DNA of 62,942 bases, the filler included, from Stramenopiles sp. TOSAG23-3 (lineage: Eukaryota), in assembly GCA_900128585.1 (NCBI GenBank). It is 12 parts of 12 records of this genome, joined end to end, with 100 filler letters (N's around TTAATTAATTAA, not from the genome) between each part and the next. Parts side by side here need not be neighbours in the genome. Positions count along the whole stretch, not along the records: positions 22,582 to 28,119 come from LT643501.1; positions 28,220 to 33,748 come from LT643502.1; positions 33,849 to 39,377 come from LT643503.1; 9 more parts are not named here. One strand, given 5' to 3'. The translations under genes were made by a program, and so were the position numbers. The notes under the pieces are model-generated. The model ran no database searches. It had not been told where the DNA came from and saw only the letters and a program-made list of their open reading frames with translations. Below are positions 22,582 through 33,924 of the stretch, one piece after another; the first letter of the stretch is position 1, and every line of letters begins with the position of its first letter.

Positions 22582-22659
22582 GAAAGAAAATGAAAGAAAG
22601 AAAGAAAATGAAAGAAAGAAAATGAAAGAAAGAAAGAAAATGAAAGAAAGAAAATGAAA
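22582..22659. repeat. GAAA/GAAAAT simple repeat at contig start
   Basis: Visible simple repeat. Confidence 0.85.
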
Positions 22660-23237
22660 GTCACACTGATGAAATGAATTAGTAGTGTATATTGTAGTCT
22701 AGTTAATGTCCTCATGAACTATCTCTTTTGCTGTGTTTATTTATTATTTTATCGTTCGTTTCTTTTTTTGCTTTGCAATTATTATTATTGTTGTTATTAG
22801 ATTGATTGATTATTATTCGGATTATTATTATTGGATTCTTCGTTGTTAGCTTGTTGTTTTATTATTTAAGTTTTTTTGTTGTTGTTTGAAAAAATAATAA
22901 TAAAAAATTATTATTATTATTATTTTATTTTTAAAAAGTGATTCGTCTATTTTTTGATCATTCTCTTATTGATTGTATTGTTTACTTTCAGTTTTAAGTT
23001 CTTCTCTCTCCATTTGTTTCTTTTTATTATTGTGTTTAGAACTATCGGTTAACTAAGAAGAAACAGGGTCTTTTAAGTGAACAAGAACTAGACGCAACCA
23101 ACTACCAAACCTACGAACGGGGCAAGAGAGAGAGAGAGAGAGAAGAGTAGTTGTTTGTTCAGTCGATTGACCAAAACCAACTAGATCTTTTCCTTTTGCG
23201 CGTGTGGTAGGGAACCCAAGCACGACGACAACCAAAA

Positions 23238-26200
23238 ATGGGCGCAATGGGACGTTTGCTGCGACGGAACCTTCGCACGACGACGAGGGTTCCTACGTTT
23301 TTATTGTCCCGTGTCTTTCTTTTAGTTCAGTTTTTCTTGGCGTTCTTGGCCACCCTTATCGGCTGGCGGACGACCGTCGAGGCGTACCAGTACATTCCCC
23401 CGGACAGCCCGGTAATTCGTGGCGCTTTCTCCCCCTACGCGCAAGGTTTTACTGGGTACTACGGCGAGCCCTCTGACCCCAGGCGTTACCCGGTGAACCC
23501 CGGTAACCCCCTGTCGCCGGATTACCCCCGGCGATTCACGGACGTCAACGGGCGCCAAAACTGCCCGGGCATGATAGGGCCCTTGGCGGGCGGAATGTAC
23601 TACTGCACCGACAAGGCCTTTGGGTACTGCGACCGGCGCAGTGGGGCGTGTTTTTGTGGCGGTGGATACACCGGCCTTGACTGCAGTGCGTGCCGCCCGA
23701 CGCACTACCGCTCAACGTCTGCGGGGTCCACGGGGTACAGCTGCGTCCAGAAGCGCCGTTGCCCGAACGATTGCTCGGGGGGGGGGCGGTGCGAGTTCGA
23801 GACCGGTCTCTGCATCTGCGAGCCGTGGCGTATCGGGGCGGACTGCGGGACCCCCATTTGCAAGCAGTACGACGTGCTGTGCGAGCAGTGCGACGACAAG
23901 CAGTGTCGCCGCTGCAAGGAGGGGTACTACGTGAAGTCGGAGGGGTGGTTGAACGAGGTGTCTGGGCTTAACGAAACGTGCGCCCTGTGCACCGCCTTCG
24001 ACCCAAGGTGCACGCTGTGCACGGAGAAGGAGGGCTGCCTCACGTGCGCGGACCCCATTTTGAAAAGCATACGCCGGTCCGGCCGCCGGCGCTGGGACGC
24101 CGAAATGCCGTTCGAGGAGTTCATCAGGGAGCTTTCGATCACCCTGCCGTTCGGAACGCAGCGCCCCGAAGCCTTCGACGAGGCTGAGCCCTTCGAAGTG
24201 GTCTCTACCCCGCTGCCGCTGAACGCCCTGACGGTGTCCTGCGCCCAGGGGCTGGAGTTCGACACGCAGTTTCACTGCACCCCGGTTACCAGCACGTTCC
24301 GGTACTGCGGCCACTTCGGGACGATATCGTTCAACTCGCCAGAGTACAGCGTTGGGGAGTCGAGCCGGAACCTGAGCGTCACGGTCCAGCGCACCGGCGG
24401 CGGGGTGGGCGAAGTGTCCTGCGACTACGCGTTCATTTACGACAGCGACGCGTCGACGGCCGACGTCACCGCGACGGCCCAGTACACCAGCTCCCAGCGG
24501 CTAACGTTCCCCCCCGGTGTGGTGCGCCTGCAATTTTTTATCACGATCCACGGGGACGTCGACAGGGAGATGAACGAAACGTTTGTGATCGGCCTGAGCA
24601 ACCCTAGCGACGGCGCCATGCTTGGGCCGCAGAGCAAAACCATCGTTACCATCATCGACGACGACACGACGTCCACGGACCCCCCACACACGTTTGCGGT
24701 CGGGGCCGGGGTGACCTACGACCCGTTCGTGCATGTAAATAACTACGTTACCGTCTTCCCACAGACGTGGAGAGGGGACAACAGGACCGAGGTAGACCCA
24801 AAGGACAAATTTTGGTACGAGGTTTGGGACTTGGACCGCCAAGTAGACAACACGGGGCCGAACGGGTACAACCCGCGCGGCACCGACGGGACCCACGTGC
24901 TGCCGGGGACGGGGCAGTCGGCCCAGGTGTTGGGCGTCAACCACCTGCACGCGCGCGTCGCGCCCGTGCTGTCGGAGGGGCTGTGCACCCCGATATTTAC
25001 CACGGGGCACCACGATCATACCGGGGCGGACTCCCCGTTGGACCGGAGCAACCGCCAAATCGGCGGGGGGACCCACTTTCACATCGAAGGGACCCACCAG
25101 TGCGTGTTCAACCCGCCGCGGAGTGGGAACTTTTCTTTGGTGGTGCGCCACTTGTGGAAGGACAACGACGGGGGGCTGGTCGGCGAGTACTTTGAAAACT
25201 CGTACTTTCAGGGCGCCCCCAAGATAACCCGGGTGGACGCCGTCCTGAACTTCACGTGGGGGGAGGGGGCCATCACCCGGCTGGGCACCGACTTCATTTC
25301 GGTCCGCTGGCACGGGAAACTTTTGCCCAAGCACGCCACGGGCGACATGAAGTACAACTTTCACATGCTGGCCGACGACAACGTAAGGCTCTGGGTCGAC
25401 GGCGACTTGATCATCGACACGTGGGACTGTGCCGACGTCCGGTTCCCCTACAGGGCCCACTCTGTCTACGGCATCATCAGCGCCGCGAAAACATTCGACG
25501 AAATGCCGCCGTGCAACGAAACCACGGGGGTCGTGACGCTCACAGGCGGTCACTACCACGACATCCGGGTGGAATTCCGAGAGCTTCGCGGGCGGGCTAG
25601 CATCCGAATGGGGTGGAGCAGTGCCGACGCTGGGGTGAAGAAGCAAGTGGTTCCATCGCGCAACCTCTTCCAGGTTCGGCACATCAAAGGCTCCCCGTTT
25701 CGCATGCTTGTGCAGCCGGACCGCACCGTCGCGTTGGAAACCATCGCCTCTGGAAAGGGACTAGTGGACGTGGTGGCCGGCGATTGGGCCTCTTTCGTCA
25801 TTCACCCGCGCGACATTCGGGAGAACCCGCGAGGCGCATGGGCCGAGTTCGACCAGTTCACTGCAAACTTGACGCTCGTTTCGCACGACGGGCAAGGAAT
25901 CGGGGGTGGTCCCGTGGACGCTTCCACGGTCACGTTTGACAAGGCGAAGGGAGTCTTTAACGTTCGGTACCGTATTTTTAACAGTGGAAACTGGTCCCTC
26001 GGCGTGTTCTTCCTCGAGAGAAACCACACGCAGTCGAACCTTGAGGCCAAGTTCAGGCACATTCGCGGCAGTCCTTTTCCCGTGCAGGTGTACGAGGCCG
26101 CCCCTACGGGCCTGTCGTCCGACGCGTTTGGCGAGGGCCTGTACTACGGCGTTGCGGGAGAGCCGCACGTGTTTACGATCCGGGTGCGGGACCATTTGCG

Positions 26201-28119
26201 AAACATTCGGGAGTTCCACGACGATCGAGGCCACTTTCTCGTGAATGCCTACCATCCGGACCACTTGGAGGTGTACCCTGGCGTTGTCAGAAAACTGTAC
26301 GGCGACGGCCAGGAGGGAAACTACAGCGTGACCTATGTCCCGACCCGGACTGGCAAAAACATTCGTCTGGACGTGAAAGTGAATTCCTACCACGTAGCGA
26401 ACAAAGGATCCCCTTCGGAATACCTGAAATCGAGCCCCTGGACGATAGAGGTTAACTCTACGTACGCCGATCCCCTTACCACAAGTGCCGGTGGCGCCAG
26501 AAGCGACGGGCTGAAGCGCTGCACTGCCAGCATTGCGTGCGTCTTCTCTGTGGAAGTCCGAGACAGGTTCTACAATACGCGGTACGAGTGGAGCGGGGGC
26601 GACGGGCCACTGCTTTCCACTGCGATCCATATCACCCCGACTGGCCGAGTGGGACCACCTGCCGGTGGGTTCTCCACGGCCGATTTCCCCAACGCTGCAA
26701 AGAAAGAATGCGAGGACTTGGGTGGGGTTTGGGACCACCCGGAAGGGCAGTCTAGTTCGGACACTGACATGTCGTGCTTTCACCCGGAGTCCATTGTGCC
26801 AGGAACGGTCATTCAGGACTACAACAATGGGACGTACCTGCTCGAGTACACCCCGCGGTACTCGGGCATTAATTTGCTGGACGTCAAGCTGAACGGGTCG
26901 CACATTTTTGAATCGCCGTTTTCCGTGGATGTTGCCGACGGTGCCGCAAAGGGCAACAACAGTACGGCCAGTGGAAAGGGCCTGTACCACGCAGTCGCCG
27001 GAATCATCGACCATTTCATCGTCCAGGCCAAGGACGAATACGACAACCGTAAGACCGTTCCTGGGGACGACTTCGTGGTTCGGCTCGACTACGACGCCGA
27101 CGGGACCCATGCGGCCAACAATCGACCGAACGGGACATTCGTTGCCAATGGGACGGTGTCGTACGTCGGCGGGGGGCGGTACGCGTGCCAGTACAATGCC
27201 ACTATCAGCGGCGACTACAAGCTGAGCGTAACGTTGGACGGGAAACACATTCACGGGTCCCCGTTCTCGCCCTACGTCGAGCCCAACGTCGCCGACCCGC
27301 ACGTGACCGTCGTGGTTCCCTACCTGACGCAGCCTGATGGCGTCCAGCACATCGACTCGACGACTTGGCCTGCTAGCTACACCTCTACGTGGAATGGGCT
27401 CCTTGGCGGTACCGCAGGGTACCTGTCCCCGTTTACAATCCAGGCAAAAGATAAATTTGGAAACAACCGGACGGCCCAGCAGGCCCTGGACACGTTTTCA
27501 ATACGCTTGGAAGGGCTTTCGCCGAATGCTGGGGAGAGTGACATCCGACACCCACCGCCAGACATGCAGTTGGACGCCGCGTACATGGGGCACGATGGGC
27601 AGTACAACGGGTCGTACTGGCCGCTTAATGCTGGGCAGTTTGACCTGCACGTACTTCTGAACGGGGAGCACGTCGCGCTGTCCCCCTACGCTGTGGTGAT
27701 TATCCCGGATTTGACTAATGGGAACGATTGCTCTGCCCTCGGCCCTGGTTTGATTTCGGCAACGTCCGACATCGAGACAGAGTTCACCATTCAGGCGAGG
27801 GACGTGTTCAAGAACCCCCAAATTCACGGGGAAGACTCTTTCTATATCAACGCGATCCGCCAACCGATTTGGACCGATTCACCAATTTTCTACGAGAGGG
27901 ACACTGTGCACATTGCGAAGAGCCATGGTCAGTACCGAGTCCGCTACACTCCGAAAGCATCGGGGATGTACCTGCTCCGCATAGCTCTGGTCCCCCCGGT
28001 GGGGCGCCACATCGCCACATCAAGGGCGGTGAAGGCGCACAAAATGCTCAACGCCACGCTGGGCCCCCGTGCGGTCGCAGAGAGCATCGAGTCGGAAGAG
28101 ATCCAAGGGAGCCCTTTCG
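23238..28119 (+). CDS. Large extracellular protein: EGF/laminin-like Cys-rich, Calx-beta, PA14 and multiple filamin/ABP280 Ig repeats; 3'-truncated
   Basis: N-terminal hydrophobic segment; CPNDCSGGGRC EGF; Calx-beta (VTVQRTGG..LTFPPG..ETFVIGLSNP..TIVTIIDDD); PA14 (FISVRWHGKL, ADDNVRLWVDG); filamin ends HIKGSPF, HIRGSPF, HIFESPF, HIHGSPF. Confidence 0.88.
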
Positions 28120-28688
28120 NNNNNNNNNNNNNNNNNNNNNNNNNNNNNNNNNNNNNNNNNNNNTTAATTAATTAANNNNNNNNNNNNNNNNNNNNNNNNN
28201 NNNNNNNNNNNNNNNNNNNTGTTGTTTCCATTTGTTTTTTGAATTATTATTATTTTTGATATTTTCTATTAATTTTAATTGTACTTGTATTGTACAATAG
28301 TATACCACAATTGTTGTTATTATATTATTATTTATTATTTTAAATTAATAAAAAAAAAAATTGTAAAAAAAAAACATTTTTTTATTATTATAAATCATCA
28401 CATCACATCACACCACCCCATCAGCCGCCGCCCCAGCCGCCGCCCCATCCTTTTTTTTTATTATTAATTATTATATTTTTATATTATTAGTATATATATC
28501 ACAAATCGATTGAAAAAGAAAGCCACCAATTCTTCTATATCTAGTGATATTGATAGTCGTCTAATAATTAATTACCGATAGAAGAACAGATAATAAAAGA
28601 ATTCAGGAATGGGTCAGTAAACAATTATTAATCATTGATACACTCATATTTGTTGCAAGGGAAGGTTTGGGTTCCCATTTGAAGCGAA

Positions 28689-28721
28689 CGGACGGGCGGA
28701 CGGGCGGACGGGCGGGCGGGG
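28689..28721 (+). promoter_or_regulatory. GGACG/GGGCG GC-box-like tandem array about 30 bp upstream of the ATG
   Basis: A similar array lies directly upstream of VPS4 (59237-59261). Confidence 0.35.
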
Positions 28722-28751
28722 AAGTGCCACGTGTTGTTCGTGCCATAGGAA

Positions 28752-31307
28752 ATGAGCCCTTCGACCTCGATTGAAGGCGGTTCGGTTGCAGTCTTGGGGT
28801 TGGAGCCGACCTCCATTTTTGTGCTAGTAGTTGTGGCTGCCATAAGCGCGTTGGGCTTGATGTACAGCTACCCTGCTGTTTTTGGAAGAGGCAAGAAGAA
28901 AAGTTCCAACCCTCGCGGCGCACATCGTTTGACCGTGGAGACGGTTCGACCAAAAGTGGACTACAACCGAGTTCCTTCACCAATCAAGGCCCAGCACCCG
29001 CGGGAACAAACGAAAGCGCGGAACGGAACGGAACTGAAGTATTACCAGGGTGATGAGCGGGCGGTTAACCCAGCGACGCTCTGTTCCCCCTCGATTACGC
29101 ATTTTGAGAAGGAGCATTTTGTACAGGAAAGCACGTCCCCGAACTCCGTGTCGGACTCGCCGGTGCCAGGACAGAACACGAGGGGGGCGGCGGAAGGGGG
29201 CAGCAACCAGTACCGCCATCCCCATGCCATTCGTCCGCCTGATTTTAGCAGCACGACCTCGCGCAGAAGCAGCCAACCGCTGTACCAGTCGCCGCTGAAG
29301 CAGCAGGCAGAGCGTCTTCGCATGGATGAAATTGCCCGGAAGCAAAACAGCTACCGGGACATCGAAAACTCGAGTTACGCGTTTGTCGAGCAATACCAGG
29401 CCGGGCAAACGCACGAACACCTCCAACCCGAAATGCAATATACTGTTATCGAACAAAACGATTTGGATGAGCAAGAAAACATGCAGCGTACTATTCGAGA
29501 AAAGCACGTGCAGAGCAAGGCGATGATAACGTCGTTCGACGCTAGTTTTGAAGAAGAGCTGGCGAAACTTCACGAAGAAGAAGTGGAAATGGCCAATGCC
29601 AACCAAAGCGTGAGAGACATCACAAACGCTGTAGAAAAGGCCCAAAGCGACAAGGGCGTTGATTTGGGCCTTGTTCAAAAGAACATTGATCGTCTTCCGG
29701 CGCATTATTGTGCAACCGACAAGCTGTTGCTTCAGAATAGACTGGATGAGCTGCGCAAACGAAGGGAAATCGAGGAGGAAGGCGCCAAAATCAGCGCGGC
29801 CATGAGCGAGATCAGGAAGGATTTGAATGCTGCCAGCAGCGACAACAACCTTGATTTGGCGCCTATTCTGTCGAAAATCAATGCCCTGAGCTCAAAAGCA
29901 AATGGAAGAAAAGCGTTGTTTGATCGGTTAGAGGCTTTATCTATCCAGCGGAAGACAGCGGAAAAGAAAGTTGCCAAAGCCAAACAAAAACAAGCAGAAG
30001 CAAAGCAGGAAGCAAAGCAAGAAGCAGATAGAAAGAAAGACTTTGAAACCGACTGGGACGCGCTTGCCTCACAGTTTGACAGAGCCGCCCAAGTGTACGA
30101 CGAATGGCTTGTCGCGCCTGGCACGAAGAACAAAAAAGAGGGACGGAAAAAGCTCGCGCTGCCCATGGAAAGGATTATAAACAAGTCTCTCTCTGGGCAA
30201 TTGTCGAAAGAGGCCGTGGGCGTCGCGTTTCGGGACCTAATGGGATTTTACAACACAAAGTTGGGGGAGATCAACAACGTTCCCGCAGGGGTCGACCCCA
30301 AGGCATTCGCAAAAGTTGTGCTCGTTCGTACGATTATTTCCAGCGTAGCGTCAAATGCTGCCATGAATGTTTTTGGATACGACGATGCAACGTTGAAGAA
30401 CGTAGGGAATGCGTGGATAAAGTTGCTGTCGGTGTCGCAGCTGATGTTGGAGCTCTGCGCCGAGCTGGCCGAGGATGGAATGGTAAGCATGTTTCTGGGG
30501 GGCATGGCCTCTGTGACCGAGTTTCAGAAAACTGAAAAGCAGCTGAACGGTTTCCCGTGGTTGTTTCGAAACAGCGTTCCCTTTGACGATAGCCTGGTGG
30601 TTTCGCGCATTAAAGTGGGGGGGTTCCCGAAGACGGTAGAGCGGGTCGTGGGCGCCATGGCAACTCTTTACAGTGGCTTTGTGCAAGCGGATCCTATGAT
30701 CAGCCAGAAACCACACCCACACCCTATCCGCCACGGCTACGTTTACATTGCGAAAATCATAAACTTGCCACCGAAAGTGTTGAAAACATACCACTGCATC
30801 GCCGTTCACCTCATGATGGTCGTGTCTGGCCACAAGTTGCACAAGGTGTACAAGCAGAAGCAGTTGGGTAAGATCATGAAGCTTATAGATGCGCACTTTC
30901 TTCCCCAGCTTCTTTCAAATGTGGACGATATATGGAGCAATTTCGAGACCAATAGAGTGGAAAAGCCACACGTTAGAAATTTCAGGGCGTTCATAAGCCA
31001 GGCATGGTCTTCGAGACCTCCCAGTCCACAGTGTTTGGTGCAAAACGAAAAGACTGGAATCATCCAGACGCCAGGGAAGGACCCAGCATTTACTATGGCA
31101 GGGGCAAGGCAGTACAGTCCCTTTCATCTCAAGCAGACCGTGGATTTAGTAGACGAACGAGAAAAGTACAGAAAATTGTCGTATGGAAATTTACCGTATG
31201 GCCATTTTCGGAGGTTACCAGAAGAGGACGCAAAGAGGAAGGCCAAAGAGGAAGCAGAGAGGAAGGCCAAGGGGGGAGCAACAGCAGAAAGGACAGGGGG
31301 CTGGTAA
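28752..31307 (+). CDS. GLE1: GLE1-like mRNA export factor with N-terminal hydrophobic helix and coiled coil
   Basis: ERVVGAMATLYSGFVQ, HPHPIRHGYVYIAKIINLPP and MVVSGHKLHKVYKQKQLGKIMKLI resemble the GLE1 C-terminal domain, preceded by a coiled coil. Confidence 0.65.
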   Translation: MSPSTSIEGGSVAVLGLEPTSIFVLVVVAAISALGLMYSYPAVFGRGKKKSSNPRGAHRLTVETVRPKVDYNRVPSPIKAQHPREQTKARNGTELKYYQGDERAVNPATLCSPSITHFEKEHFVQESTSPNSVSDSPVPGQNTRGAAEGGSNQYRHPHAIRPPDFSSTTSRRSSQPLYQSPLKQQAERLRMDEIARKQNSYRDIENSSYAFVEQYQAGQTHEHLQPEMQYTVIEQNDLDEQENMQRTIREKHVQSKAMITSFDASFEEELAKLHEEEVEMANANQSVRDITNAVEKAQSDKGVDLGLVQKNIDRLPAHYCATDKLLLQNRLDELRKRREIEEEGAKISAAMSEIRKDLNAASSDNNLDLAPILSKINALSSKANGRKALFDRLEALSIQRKTAEKKVAKAKQKQAEAKQEAKQEADRKKDFETDWDALASQFDRAAQVYDEWLVAPGTKNKKEGRKKLALPMERIINKSLSGQLSKEAVGVAFRDLMGFYNTKLGEINNVPAGVDPKAFAKVVLVRTIISSVASNAAMNVFGYDDATLKNVGNAWIKLLSVSQLMLELCAELAEDGMVSMFLGGMASVTEFQKTEKQLNGFPWLFRNSVPFDDSLVVSRIKVGGFPKTVERVVGAMATLYSGFVQADPMISQKPHPHPIRHGYVYIAKIINLPPKVLKTYHCIAVHLMMVVSGHKLHKVYKQKQLGKIMKLIDAHFLPQLLSNVDDIWSNFETNRVEKPHVRNFRAFISQAWSSRPPSPQCLVQNEKTGIIQTPGKDPAFTMAGARQYSPFHLKQTVDLVDEREKYRKLSYGNLPYGHFRRLPEEDAKRKAKEEAERKAKGGATAERTGGW

Positions 31308-31309
31308 TA

Positions 31310-31361
31310 AGTAACGAACACTTAAATAACAGCCAATTTTTTTGTTCTTCAGTAACGAACA
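31310..31361 (+). mobile_element. Short AGCCAATTTT element flanked by 11-bp direct repeats (AGTAACGAACA)
   Basis: Direct repeats at 31310-31320 and 31351-31361 bracket cttaaataacagccaatttttttgttcttc. Confidence 0.6.
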
Positions 31362-31627
31362 TGCAGTTTGCGAGAGCTGCTTTTGCACTCACGCACATTT
31401 TATCGGGGCTCGCATTAATTTAATTTGTGGGACCACAAATTATATGCGACTTTCTCATCTGGGGAATATCTCATATTTAATTGTTTAAGAATTATTTTAT
31501 TATTTTACGACAACGTTTACGAGCAGAGAAAGCAATAATGTCGGTTCTTACTCAATGCCCACACGCGTGCGAGGGGTTCCCAAAGAGAGTGGGAGTGGTG
31601 GGAGTGGTGGCAGCGCCGAAAACTAAA

Positions 31628-32587
31628 TTATTCAGCAGAGTACCCTTCCCTCTTCATTTTATCCTCAAACTGCTTCACCAAAAGTTTGAATTCTTTAAAC
31701 GTGATCTTGTGGTGCACTGCGTCGATAGATGCCATTTTGAAGGCGGCCAAGAGCTCTTCCTCTGTAACTTGTAAGCCAACTGCCTGTATGGCGAACTGCA
31801 ACTCCTCAATTGTGATGTCCCCGCTTTTGTCAAGGTCAATCTCATCAAACACTTTTTTCAATGCAGAGTCGTTTTCAATGAACAGGAGCGGACACATCCC
31901 AAGCAAGCAACCAATCATTATACCAACCGCAGAAGACATCAATGTAACTTTTTTCACCGTCGTGCTCTTAATCTGCTCAATTGTCAGCCCTGGATCAGGT
32001 AGACCCATCTTCGCCGCCACTGCTTCGATGAACCCTCCCGCTTTGATACCCGCCACGTCCGAAACGGTGTTCCCAAGGGCAGCGGCCGCGAGTGCGGACA
32101 GGCCTATTGTGCTGAAGTATGCATCGATTTGTGACCCTGCCACGATCATCACTGCATTGTCAAGGAAGCCGAAGCCTACAAACGGGATTGCAGACTGCAC
32201 GGCAAGCTTTCGAATTTGGTCCTTTGTTAGTGCAGCAGTGGCACCTTCGGTCTTCACTTGGGTTGGCCGCGCCGTGGCCGCCCGAAACTGAAAATTGTGG
32301 TTCACCCAGTTCTTGAACTCTTGCGGGCTTATCAAACCGTCTTTCGACGTATCAATCTTTTCAAACTCCAGCATCATTGCCGTCTGCATGGACGGGGCTT
32401 TAATCAGGGATGAAAATAGCTCTGGGTGTGTCTCACTTCGAGAGATAAACTCGTTCAGCAGGGCCTCGTCCGATGATCCTTGGACAGCGTCTGTCGTAAA
32501 ACGTCCTTTGGAACGGCCATGCGAACACGCCACTTGCCGGCAACGTCGTCGTGGGCCTGCAGAGTTTACAAAACGTCGGAACAACAT
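31628..32587 (-). CDS. TMEM65: TMEM65-family mitochondrial membrane protein with EF-hands on both sides
   Basis: Arg-rich presequence; AIPFVGFGFLDNAVMIVAG, AAAALGNTVSDVAG, IGCLLGMCPL; EF loops DTSKDGLISPQEF and DLDKSGDITIEEL. Confidence 0.9.
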   Translation of the reverse strand: MLFRRFVNSAGPRRRCRQVACSHGRSKGRFTTDAVQGSSDEALLNEFISRSETHPELFSSLIKAPSMQTAMMLEFEKIDTSKDGLISPQEFKNWVNHNFQFRAATARPTQVKTEGATAALTKDQIRKLAVQSAIPFVGFGFLDNAVMIVAGSQIDAYFSTIGLSALAAAALGNTVSDVAGIKAGGFIEAVAAKMGLPDPGLTIEQIKSTTVKKVTLMSSAVGIMIGCLLGMCPLLFIENDSALKKVFDEIDLDKSGDITIEELQFAIQAVGLQVTEEELLAAFKMASIDAVHHKITFKEFKLLVKQFEDKMKREGYSAE

Positions 32588-33372
32588 ACTGGAAAGGAAC
32601 GTCCTTTGCTTTCTGCTGGTTTACGCTGCTTTCGCACAAATTGAAAGGAACGGGGGTGAAACAATGTCAACGTGTTCAAAATAAATTCATGAAGTATTAT
32701 ATGTATATGTAATTCTTTTTAAATATCAATAATGTATATTTTTAAAAAGAAGAGACACGAGAGAACGACAACAAAAATCATCATCACATCAAAAAAAAAA
32801 AAAGAAGAAGAAGAAGAAGAAGAAGAAAAAAAAAGGAAGAACGGAACAACAACCAGTAAGTTTGGTGTCTCGATCGTGTACCAGGTAACGTGCGTAGCCA
32901 GTTTTCGGCGGATCAACCTATGCTATTCGTATATTATATATTATTATAATAAATAATAATAAAAAGTAGTACCAGTAGTATGATGAAGAAAGAAATCAAT
33001 CTCCAAAAGTATAGTAGTTATTACCATGGATGGTATATAGGGTTAAGGTTACTTTTTAAATGAAAACCAAAGTGATATTGTTCATTTAATTGAGTCAAAA
33101 TTACGTGCAATGGAATAAATAGATTTAGATAAACAATTATTTTTTGATCGATAATCATATTGTTATTATATAACTTTTTGTGTACTATATGTATACTAAG
33201 TTTATTTACCTATATAGACGTGGTTTGGCTCCAATATATTTAAGAATGCGAGAGAAATAAGTAAAAATCAATAAGTGTGTTAATTAAAACTCTACTACGA
33301 GTAATTTAACTCCATCGGAAAAAAATCTCTATAGCTTCTACTATATATATATTTATATATACCGATTTACTA

Positions 33373-33672
33373 ATGCTTCTTGTGGAGTCCGATAGGCAAA
33401 TACCCGACCTGACAGAAATGTTAATCAACGCGATCAACGAGCAGCAACCCAATCCGGTCAATACCATACCAGTCTACAAAGCGGAGGGAGTTATCGGTGA
33501 GTGTTCCATTTGCCAGGAAACCATTAAAAATGGAGACTCGTTTAGGAGACTGCCTTGTAGTGAAACCGTCAACCACTGCTTCCACCAAGCGTGCATCGAC
33601 CCTTGGCTGGAACGGAACTCCACTTGTCCGAACTGTAGGGTTGATTTATTCTCCACAGCAACCACCGGTTAA
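33373..33672 (+). CDS. RING-H2 zinc finger E3 ligase (small, or last exon of a longer gene)
   Basis: CSIC..LPC..HCFHQACIDPWL..TCPNCR; a possible branch point and acceptor (ctaat..gatag) overlap the start. Confidence 0.85.
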   Translation: MLLVESDRQIPDLTEMLINAINEQQPNPVNTIPVYKAEGVIGECSICQETIKNGDSFRRLPCSETVNHCFHQACIDPWLERNSTCPNCRVDLFSTATTG

Positions 33673-33848
33673 ACAATGGTACATCGTATTCTCTGGTTAC
33701 GGAGGTACATCCGAGGTACCGTCGATCCAACAAAATGCAAAAAAAAAANNNNNNNNNNNNNNNNNNNNNNNNNNNNNNNNNNNNNNNNNNNNTTAATTAA
33801 TTAANNNNNNNNNNNNNNNNNNNNNNNNNNNNNNNNNNNNNNNNNNNN

Positions 33849-33924
33849 AAGAGAAGAGAAGAGAAGAGAAGAGAAGAGAAGAGAAGAGAAGAGAAGAGAA
33901 GAGAAGAGAAGAGAAGAGAAGAAA
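33849..33924. repeat. (AAGAG)n microsatellite at contig start
   Basis: Perfect pentamer array. Confidence 0.95.

Noticed and set aside
24501-27350. Long antisense ORFs (393 and 529 aa), and similar ones opposite other genes
   Set aside because: Shadow frames of GC-rich coding sequence with no recognisable domains.
31321-31350. Short element as a spliced-leader RNA or snRNA (AATTTTTTG resembles an Sm site)
   Set aside because: No GT donor follows the CAG, no conserved stem-loops are evident, and copies lie 3' of genes rather than at 5' ends.
33373-33672. RING gene as a viral insertion
   Set aside because: Small RING-H2 genes are common in hosts, it may have upstream exons, and there is no other viral marker on that contig.
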